A stretch of DNA of 64,000 nt. It comes from Bugula neritina. Taxonomy: Eukaryota > Animalia > Bryozoa. Numbering within the stretch: position 1 is the stretch's first letter; every line of letters begins with the position of its first letter. The position numbers and the translations under genes are program-made. Under the pieces are notes generated by a model. It was not told where the DNA came from and made no database searches. It saw only the letters and a list, made by a program, of their open reading frames with translations. Positions 1-10,400 of this stretch are shown one piece after another. The DNA lies in NCBI GenBank assembly GCA_964035545.1, contig OZ037768.1:372001-436000 (forward strand), written 5' to 3'.

Positions 1-11
1 CATGCTGAGCC

Positions 12-1022
12 TTATCACATGTAGACTATACATAGACCTAGTATATCTCTCGCAGGTATAACTGTTATCACATGTAGACTATACATAGACCTAGTATATC
101 TCTCGCAGGTATAACTGTTATCACATGTAGACTATACATAGACCTAGTATATCTCTCGCAGGTATAACTGTTATCACATGTAGACTATACATAGACCTAG
201 TATATCTCTCGCAGGTATAACTGTTATCACATGTAGACTATACATATACCTAGTATATCTCTCGCAGGTATAACTGTTATCACATGTAGACTATACATAG
301 ACCTAGTGTATCTCTCGCAGGTATAACTGTTATCACATGTAGACTATACATAGACCTAGTATATCTCTCGCAGGTATAACTGTTATCACATGTAGACTAT
401 ACATAGACCTAGTATATCTCTCGCAGGTATAACTGTTATCACATGTAGATTATACATAGACCTAGTATATCTCTCGCAGGTATATCTGTTATCACATGTA
501 GACTATACATAGACCTAGTATATCTCTCGCAGGTATAACTGTTATCACATGTAGACTATACATAGACCTAGTATATCTCTCGCAGGTATAACTGTTATCA
601 CATGTAGACTATACATAGACCTAGTATATCTCTCGCAGGTATAACTGTTATCACATGTAGACTATACATAGACCTAGTATATCTCTCGCAGGTATAACTG
701 TTATCACATGTAGATTATACATAGACCTAGTATATCTCTCGCAGGTATATCTGTTATCACATGTAGACTATACATAGACCTAGTATATCTCTCGCAGGTA
801 TAACTGTTATCACATGTAGACTATACATAGACCTAGTATATCTCTCGCAGGTATAACTGTTATCACATGTAGACTATACATAGACCTAGTATATCTCTCG
901 CAGGTATAACTGTTATCACATGTAGACTATACATAGACCTAGTATATCTCTCGCAGGTATAACTGTTATCACATGTAGACTATACATAGACCTAGTATAT
1001 CTCTCGCATAACTGTTATCACA
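12..1022 (+). repeat. 53-bp minisatellite (~19 copies), probably RNGTT intron; each unit contains TCTCTCGCAG|GTATAA
   Basis: Unit GTTATCACATGTAGACTATACATAGACCTAGTATATCTCTCGCAGGTATAACT. Confidence 0.95.
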
Positions 1023-1141
1023 GTTTGTTCGATAGACAACTTTATAGTAACTGTATCTTTTGTTAAGGCAGTTATTGTTTGACCAAATAAATGCTCTCTG
1101 ATACTGGAGGAAAGATCACTTTGTATTATTAATTGTGACAG

Positions 1142-4100
1142 AGGATGAGGCCGCAGACTTAGATGATGATGGGAACGAGTTAGACGGTCCCACTGCTAGT
1201 AGGAAAAGAAGACAGGAGCCCGTCAAAGCCAACCCGACTTTCATGGCTGGTGTTGGTGGAGCCACAGCTATTACAGACCAGCCCAGACTTTCTGAGATTC
1301 AGCACAGAGTGCAGGACATGTGTGGGTGGAGCAAGTGAGTACATGTGTAGGTGGAGCTAGTGAGTACATGTGTGAGTGGAGCTAGTGAGTACATGTGTGG
1401 GTGGAGCTAGTGAGTACATGTGTGGGTAGAGCTAGTGAGTACAGGACATGTGTGGGTGGAGCTAGTGAGTACATGTGTGGGTGGAGCTAGTGAGTACATG
1501 TGTGGGTGGAGCAAGTGAGTACATGTGTGGGTAGAGCTAGTGAGTACATGTGTGGGTGGAGCTAGTGAGTGCAGGACATGTGTGGGTGGAGCTAGTGAGT
1601 GCAGGACATGTGTGGGTGGAGCTAGTGAGTGCAGGACATGTGTGGGTGGAGCAAGTGAGTACATGTGTAGGTGGAGCTAGTGAGTACATGTGTGGGTGGA
1701 GCTAGTGAGTACATGTGTGGGTGGAGCTAGTGAGTTCAGGACATGTGTGGGTGGAGCTAGTGAGTGCAGGACATGTGTGGGTGGAGCAAGTGAGTACATG
1801 TGTAGGTGGAGCTAGTGAGTACATGTGTGGGTGGAGCTAGTGAGTACATGTGTGGGTGGAGCTAGTGAGTACATGTGTGGGTAGAGCTAGTGAGTACAGG
1901 ACATGTGTGGGTGGAGCTAGTGAGTACATGTGTGGGTGGAGCAAGTGAGTACATGTGTGGGTAGAGCTAGTGAGTTCAGGACATGTGTGGGTGGAGCTAG
2001 TGAGTAAATGACGTGTGTGGGTGGACCTAGTGAGTGCAGGACATGTGTGGGTGGAGCTAGTGAGTACATGTGTGGGTGGAGCTAGTGAGTACATGTGTGG
2101 GTGGAGCTAGTGACTTGAAGCTTAAGTTCCTTTATTTCCTCATGCATTTAGGATGGGGTTCCCAGGTTCCCAGCCTGTTTCGATGGATGTGAAAAATATA
2201 AAGTTGCTTCATGAGAAAAGATACTTTGTGAGTTGGAAGGCTGATGGTACAAGGTGAGGGTATAAGATGGAGTATATAAGCATGTGCTAGAGTCTAGACT
2301 ATTAGGCTACCTATAATATACGTGGTGCTAATATGTGTTTACAGGTACATGATGCTAATATATGTTTACAGGTACATGATGCTAATGTATGTTTACAGGT
2401 ACATGATGCTAATATATGTTTACAGGTACATGATGCTAATATATGTTTACAGGTACATGATGCTAATACGTGTTTACAGGTACATGATGCTAATACGTGT
2501 TTACAGGTACATGATGCTAATAGATGGCCCTGGTGCCGTATACATGATAGATAGAGATAACTGTGTCTTCCACATTCCCTCCGTCGAGTTCCCTAAGAGG
2601 GATTTGTCTTCCCATGTCTCTGGCACGCTGCTAGACGGAGAACTGGTGATAGACGAAGACCGTATGACTCACAGGAAGGTGGCCCGGTATCTCATATACG
2701 ACATCATCTCGTTTGAGGTGGGTGTTACTGGACAGCCTATTCGCCTACTGTTACGTGTGTAGGAACAACGCTATGACACTGAGGCTTAGAGACGTGCTCT
2801 TTGGTGTTTCAGGGTAAGGAGGTGGGAAAGACAGACTTCAACACCAGACTGATATGTATCAAGAAGGAGATATATGGCCCGAGGGTTGAGAAACAGCAGA
2901 AGGGGCTGTTAGATCGGTCCAGAGAGCCCTTCGGTATTAGACCAAAACCCTTTTATGATCTCAGTCAGTCTTCTCGAATAAACGACGTTAAGAAGGTGTG
3001 TCCAGTATCCTATGTAATATACTACAGTATCCTCTGTAATATACTGCAGTATCCTATGTAATATACTACAGTATCCTCTGTAATATACTACAGTATCCTC
3101 TGTAATATACTACAGTATCCTCTGTAATATACTACAGTATCCTCTGTAATATACTACAGTATCCTCTGTAATACACTACAGTATCCTCTGTAATATACTA
3201 CAGTATCCTCTGTAATACACTATAGTATCCTCTGTAATACACTGCAGTATCCTCTGTAATATACTACAGTATCCTCTGTAATATACTACAGTACCCTCTG
3301 TAATATACTACAGTACCCTCTGTAATATACTACAGTACCCTCTGTAATATACTACAGTATCCTCTGTAATATACTACAGTATCCTCTGTAATATACTACA
3401 GTATTCTCTGTAATATGCTGCAGTATCCTCTGTAATATACTACTACTACGTTTCCATTACTTTTAGTTACTTAGTGAGGAGTTCACCAAATCTCTGGGAC
3501 ACGAGACAGACGGTCTGGTATTCCAACCTGGTGGTCCTACTGATGTAATATTCTATTATATTATTATATTCTATCATTATATATACTAGTATAAAGACTA
3601 TATATACTAGTATAAATACTGTATATACTAGTATAAATACTGTATATACTAGTATAAAGACTGTATATACTAGTATAAAGACTGTATATATACTAGTATA
3701 AAGACTGTATATACTAGTATAAAGACTATATATATACTAGTATAAAGACTGTATATACTAGTATAAAGACTATATATACTAGTATAAAGACTGTATATGT
3801 ACTGACAGGTTTATGCTGCTGGTAGACAAGACGACGTTCTTAAATGGAAGCCGCCGCACCTCAACAGTATTGATTTCAAATTGAGTATAGTCAAGCAGTC
3901 TTCGGTTGGGTGAGTAGCACTAGTAGTAGTAGTGGTAGCAGCAGTAGTAGTGGTAGTTATAGTAGTAGTAGTACTAGTAGTAGTACTAGTAGTAATACTA
4001 GTAGTAATACTAGTAGTAGTAGTGGTAGTAGTAGTAGTAGTACTAGTAGTAGTAGTACTACTACTACTAGTACTTCTAGTACTACTAGTAGTAGTAGTAG

Positions 4101-6487
4101 TTCAATGCATTATCCTCATGACTATACCATGTAATGTTTCAGAATGCTCACAGAAACAAAAGGTTTGCTGTACGTTGGAGGGTTTGACAGACCCCTCGAC
4201 CAGATGAAGGTGGTGTATCAGTTCTTAGTCTAACATGTTTACCAATGAAACATTAATTTTCACATTTTCACATTAATTCTCAAATTTGCTTAAGAATAAT
4301 TTGTCTTGATTATATTATACAGTTATCATATATTATACAGTTATCATATATTATACAGTTATCATATATTATACAGTTATCATATATTATACAGTTATCA
4401 TATATTATACAGTTACCATATATTATACATATATTATACAGTTACCATATGTTAGTTATTCTAAAGGTAACAAAAGACCTTCACCAATACAACAACAAAA
4501 TAGTAGAGTGTTCCTGGGATGTTGAGAAGAAAGGCTGGAAGTTTATGAGAGAGAGAACAGACAAGTCTTTCCCCAACGCCTATTCCACTGCTATAGGTGA
4601 GCTATTACTACTCATTATACTGTATATTATATAGACTATTCCACTGCTATAGGTGAGCTATTACTACTCATTATACTGTATATTATATAGACTACTCCAC
4701 TGCTATAGGTGAGCTATTACCACTTGTTATACTGTATATTATATAGACTACTCCACTGCTATAGGTGAGCTATTACTACTTGTTATACTGTATATTATGT
4801 GTTATACTCAGGGTTGGGGTCAATTACATGTAAATGTAATTAATTACAATTACAATTACAATTACATGAAGATTTGTCAATTACAATTAAAATTATAATT
4901 ACAGTTAAAAATAAATGTAATTAATTACAATTACAATTACATGGCAATGTAATTAATTACAATTACAATTACTTTTGTTCTCACAAGGAATAAATACAAG
5001 TCACTTCTAGGGTCCAACTACCAGGGGCAGTGTTGACAGTGGTGAACCTCTTTTGTTTTCTACATGCAGTGATACTATTATGTCATTCCATACCAAATCA
5101 ACCAACTTTCAAGGGGTCCCACATCTTTGTGTCTCAGATTTTGCTCATATTTACACTAAATGGACCTACACATGTTCAGATTACCATTCGTGAATATTTC
5201 TGGCCTGACACAAAAATATTTTGAGAAATTACTACTTTGGTGAACAAAAGTTGGAAAATATTTTGAGGAAAATTTGTGATTTATACTTTTAGACCAATTT
5301 ATAAGTAATTTAAAATTTGATTAGGCGAGTATTTGAAATTTTTCAAAATTTACAAAGATTTGTTCATATTCAATGACTTTGCATATATGCACACAAAATA
5401 TTCTGTAGTATGTGTTGCTACTAGTGCAAATTGATAGGTATTATCAAATCACACAGCAAATTTTAAGGCTCAGTCTAGAAAAATGATTGAGATATAGACG
5501 TTTATAGATTAGTCTAAAAGTAGAAATCACAAATTTTACTCAAAATGTTTCTCAACCTTTGTCTACAAAAATAGTCAGTTCTCAAAAAAAATTTGTGTCA
5601 GGTCAAAAATACTGAAGAAGAGAACTTGAGGCATGTGTAGGTCTATTTGGTGTAAACATGAACAAAATCTGAAACGCAAATAGACGCGGGCAATTCGGTG
5701 AGTTAGCATGGAATGACCCTATACTATATTGACCTAACTATCTGAACTTGTTATTTAACAGTAGGCATTGTAGAAAAAGAAGGAGTTTTTTAAGATTTAA
5801 AAGTTTGAAATAATTGACATGTAATTATAAAGTAATTGTAAAAATCAATTACATTAGATATGTAATTAATTACAATTACAATTTTAAACCTCAATTACAA
5901 ATTACATTCAATTACTTGAAAAAATGTAATTAATTACAGCCAATTACAATTACAAATTACAATTACCCCAACCCTGGTTATACTACAGTAACAACTGTAT
6001 ATCATATAGCATATTATATAGCATGTTATATATTATATTATATAGTATGTTATATATTATATTATATAATATATAGTATGTTATATATTATACTAATAGC
6101 TGTATATTATATAATAATAGAGGAATATTATATATACTAATAGCTGTATATTATATAATAATAGAGCAATATTATATTATACTAATAGCTGTATATTATA
6201 TAATAATAGAGGAATATTATATTATACTAATAGCTGTATATTATATAATAATAGAGGAATATTATATATACTAATAGCTGTATATTATATAATAATAGAG
6301 GAATATTATATATACTAATAGCTGTATATTATATAATAATAGAGGAATATTATATATACTAATAGCTGTGGTGGAAAGCATCAAAAACCCTGTGACGGAA
6401 AAAATCCTCCTAGACTTTCTCTACAAGTATTGCTGGAGACCTCAGCCCAAGCCCTCCACCACCATGGGTCCACCTGCCCCTAAATGA
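1142..6487 (+). CDS. RNGTT: mRNA capping enzyme (RNA guanylyltransferase/5'-triphosphatase), 3' part; 5' exons lie upstream of the window
   Basis: Exons 1142-1334, 2152-2253, 2507-2717, 2813-2995, 3467-3544, 3809-3909, 4143-4209, 4467-4596 and 6366-6487 (TGA); all GT-AG and phase-consistent. GTase motifs: GFPGSQPVS, motif [45 protein letters not shown]. Confidence 0.95.
1316..2113 (+). repeat. 25/31-bp minisatellite (~30 copies) copied from the RNGTT exon end and donor
   Basis: Unit ACATGTGTGGGTGGAGC(T/A)AGTGAGT; the first copy is the coding MCGWSK junction. Confidence 0.95.
2326..2522 (+). repeat. 27-bp repeat (7 copies) of the RNGTT acceptor and exon start
   Basis: TGTTTACAG|GTACATGATGCTAATA; AG ends at 2344, 2371, 2398, 2425, 2452, 2479, 2506. 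Confidence 0.95.
3003..4450 (+). repeat. Four intron-private arrays in consecutive RNGTT introns
   Basis: 22-bp GTATCCTCTGTAATATACTACA (3003-3445); 21/23-bp TATATACTAGTATAAAGACTG (3580-3800); (AGT)n (3915-4100); 18-bp TATATTATACAGTTATCA (4310-4450). Confidence 0.9.
4580..4800 (+). repeat. 56-bp repeat (4 copies) of the RNGTT exon end and donor
   Basis: TCCACTGCTATAG|GTGAGC with GT at 4597, 4653, 4709, 4765. Confidence 0.93.
4809..5976. mobile_element. Non-autonomous hAT-type DNA transposon
   Basis: 12-bp TIR CAGGGTTGGGGT...ACCCCAACCCTG; exact 8-bp TSD GTTATACT (4801-4808, 5977-5984); many subterminal AATTAC/GTAATT motifs at both ends; no transposase ORF. Confidence 0.88.
5080..5719. mobile_element. 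Fold-back/MITE-like element nested inside the hAT element
   Basis: Imperfect inverted arms of about 200 bp: GTCATTCCAT..CAGATTTTGCTCATATTTACACTAAATGGACCTACACATG..TTTGTGATTT versus AAATCACAAA..CATGTGTAGGTCTATTTGGTGTAAACATGAACAAAATCTG..ATGGAATGACCC. TSD not clear. Confidence 0.75.
6085..6369 (+). repeat. ~44-bp repeat (~7 copies) of the RNGTT last-exon acceptor
   Basis: TACTAATAG|CTGT recurs; the last copy (AG 6364-6365) opens the terminal exon. Confidence 0.9.
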
Positions 6488-7456
6488 GATCACTATGGGG
6501 GGGGGGTAATACTACCCCCTCTCCTTCTCACACCTACACAGTAGCTATGTCTCCATTGTGTAGCTTTGTGCCAGTTGCTAAGGAAGTATGGAGCTGCATT
6601 AGTCATGGTTACCATGACAACATATAACAGGAAACAGCAGCTAGTACAGCACACATTATCTGACATATTATATAATCTGATGGTTATGTTTAGCTGCTTG
6701 GTAAATATCTTTATTTAATTTCAAACTTGCTGTCTACACAATGAGATCTGGTAATCTAGATAAAATATGTACATAATTGTAACAAACGGTCCTTGTAAAA
6801 ACATATTATTTTATTTCAAATTGTTTTGCTATATGGGTATAATAATATATATTTATATAAGACAAATTTGATTGAGAAATGTATTTAACACTTTTTCTAG
6901 GTTAATTCAACTTTCTGAACAGTAAAACAATGTAAGGGTTTTGCAGTAATGAATTTTATTTATTTAAAATATAGATTCAGGGCAATCCATACATATAGCA
7001 TGACTCATTGTTGCGTTGCAGTATTATAACAGAATATACTGTATAACATCATACTGTAAAACCTCTGCAAAGTCTATATGCTGGCTCTGGAGTCCACACT
7101 GAGAGAAAATAACTTCAATATATAAATTTCCCAGGAAGGACAATGACAAAGGACTTATTAAATTGCTGTTATTTAGGTTCTCACAATGCATGTCCTGTGC
7201 TTAAATTACCACATCACTTTGTGTTACACTTGATGTAAATCATACATATTCTAACTGAATGCAGGGAAGGTGGAGGTTGTTATGAAAAATATAATATAAT
7301 TTATAGAGTAACTAGTTCAGAACAAATGTAAACAAAAAATAATGTACCAATTGAAGACAAATAATAATTTTTTAAAATATTACTTATACAATTGCTACAA
7401 AATAGCATTAGTATACATGATCTTTTATATTAGAGTAGATGATGAACTGTAGTGGT

Positions 7457-10400
7457 TCACATACTCAGAATGTCTACGCCCATGTTCCTCAAATAACCAA
7501 CTTGGCAAGCTAGGGGTGGAGTTTGGTGAGTTAGCGACAGTTCAAAGCATTCTTCTGAGAGTTTGTGTCTAAGATCTGAGTCTAGGCTTGTCTCTATGAA
7601 CCTAAAGTCACACAAACCTTGAGTAGTTACTAACACACTATGACCTCTACTAACACACACTATGACCTCTACTAACACACACTATGACCTCTACTAACAC
7701 ACACTATGACCTCTACTAACACACACTATGACCTCTACTAACACACTATGACCTCTACTAACACACACTATGACCTCTACTAACACACACTATGACCTCT
7801 ACTAACACACCATGACCTCTACTAACACATACTATGACCTCTACTAACACATACTATGACCTCTACTAACACACTATGACCTCTACTAACACACTATGAC
7901 CTCTACTAACACACACTATGACCTCTACTAACACACACTATGACCTCTACTAACACACCATGACCTCTACTAACACATACTATGACCTCTACTAACACAC
8001 ACTATGACCTCTACTAACACACTATGACCTCTACTAACACACTATGACCTCTACTAACACACACTATGACCTCTACTAACACACACTATGACCTCTACTA
8101 ACACACTCTATGACCTCTACTTACACACACTATGACCTCTACTAACACACACTATGACCTCTACTACCACACTGTGACCTCTACTAACACATACTATGAC
8201 CTCTACTAACACACACTATGACCTCTACTACCACACTGTGACCTCTACTAACACACACTATGACCTCTACTAACATACACTATGACCTCTACTAACACAC
8301 ACTATGACTCAATCTGAACAGAGTACAAAGAGAATGACATTCCTACCTTCGCAGGGTGAGAATATGAGTAATTGGTCCATCAAATTCTGTCAAGAAGTCC
8401 TCAACTATGTGATGGAGTCGGCTTGGGGTTGGGAGAACTTCTGGTGCTTTAACAGCATCCATTTCCTTTTCTAAAGGAGTAGTATGAATGTTATAATATA
8501 ATATCTGTAGGTGTTGTAGGTTACTATAAGTATACCATAATGATACCTGGTAGTACTATGTCGTATTACTATAATATAATAATATAATACCTGTGGGAAT
8601 TTTATCATAATAGTAGAAAGTTGGGTGCAGGAAGTTAGACTGGTGAGCCTCAGAGGGTTCCCCTGTAGCCCGAGTCTCTCTGAATATATCTTTGCCGGGA
8701 CCTGAGAAGTCTGGCCCGTACTCAAACAGCATGACTATAGCCCTGGTACCATTCCAACCAGTGTGTCTGTGTATATCGGCTAGCAGTTTGACGGGAAACT
8801 CTTTAAGCATTCTGAACGTCTTGTCTTCACTGAAAAATAGGTGTTAACTATTGGTCAGACGCTTATATTCTCAGCCAATCAGCTGCCATGACACATAAGA
8901 TAAATTTAATTTGCTAATATATATAATCACACGAGATGTAAGTGAACTATTTCAGGGATGTGACTATACACATGAATGAGTATAAACATTTCCATTTCAT
9001 AGTGTAACAAAATCTGATGGAATGAAGAGAAATTTAATAATAACTTCTAGAAGTTTATTATTTATTCCTATTGATAGAAGACACCAGCTCATGGGTATTT
9101 CCAATAACATCAACTTCTGGAGTTGTGTTTCCTTACTCATGTATAAGAATGATGTCTCCCAGCACACTAAACATTTGGTAGGTTGCTGAGGCTTCATTGA
9201 TTCTCTTCACAATAGTGGGCACCATATCCATCCATGATAGAGTGACGGAGGGCCAGGGCACTCCCTCAAACCTCCACTCCAGGAGGTTGAATAGAGCTCG
9301 GGCTATGGTAATACAAACACTGAGTTTACACTCAATGAGGAAAAGAAAGTAAAATAGAAACTTCTACTAGACATACTTGTGTATCTAAAGCTGTATATAT
9401 AAACTACTACTAGACATACTTGTGTATCTAAAGCTGTATATATAAACTACTACTAGACATACTTGTGTATCTAAAGCCGTGTATAAATCCACCAGCAGAT
9501 TTCCTAAAGTCAAGAGAATGAGTTGAAGTTCCAGCAAAGAAGAGACCAGGAACTTGGACTGACTCATACGTATGCTGAATGTGTGGGAACTTAGTGTATC
9601 TCATGTGGGGGAGGGGGTGGGGACCACTCCTACAAATAGCACAGAGAGCAATGGCTAGACTAGGAAAGGAATTATACAAGCACACAAAGAGCAGGTAACT
9701 TACAAAGAGCAGATAACTTGATATACGTACTGATTGAAGGCTGAGAAGTCGTATTCAAAGCCAAGACAACTGATGATCTTGTCGTAATCCTCTCTCATAG
9801 CAAATGTATCCAATTCCGCCTCCAACATGTTGAGGTGAAGTTTACCATTCGGCAGTTTAATGATGTCCATCTGCTCAATAGGTGACTCTGCCATCGCATC
9901 GAGAGACTTGAGTTGATACGTGTCCAGCAGTCCATTGTTCACTGCCCTGTAGTCAACAGTATAACTACTCTATAGTCAACAGTACAACTACTCTATAGTC
10001 AACAGTACAACTACTCTGTAGTCAACAGTATAACTACTCTGTAGTCAACAGTATAACTACTCTGTAGTCAACAGTATAACTACCCTGTAGTCAACAGTAT
10101 AACTACTCTGTAGTCAATAGTACAACTACTCTGTAGTCAACAGTATAACTACTCTGCAGTCAACAGTATAACTACTCTGTAGTCAACAGTATAACTACTC
10201 TGCAGTCAACAGTATAACTACTCTATAGTCAACAGTATAACTACTCTGTAGTCAACAGTATAACTACTCTGTAGTCAACAGTATAACTACTCTGCAGTCA
10301 ACAGTATAACTACTCTGTAGTCAACAGTATAACTACTCTGTAGTCAACAGTATAACTACTCTGTAGTCAACAGTATAACTACTCTGTAGTCAACAGTATA

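Noticed and set aside
12-1022. Regular repeat arrays resembling CRISPR (also 27982-29570)
   Set aside because: Head-to-tail units without unique spacers, no cas genes, and a eukaryotic spliced-gene context.
5030-5224. ORF within the hAT element as a possible transposase remnant
   Set aside because: Short, straddles the nested element's arm, and has no transposase motifs.
8471-9567. Alternative-frame ORFs overlapping FOXRED2 exons (MSTGQTSQV..., MKPQQPTK..., MSQSKFLV...) in both copies
   Set aside because: Shadow frames of real exons; shared only because the exons are duplicated.
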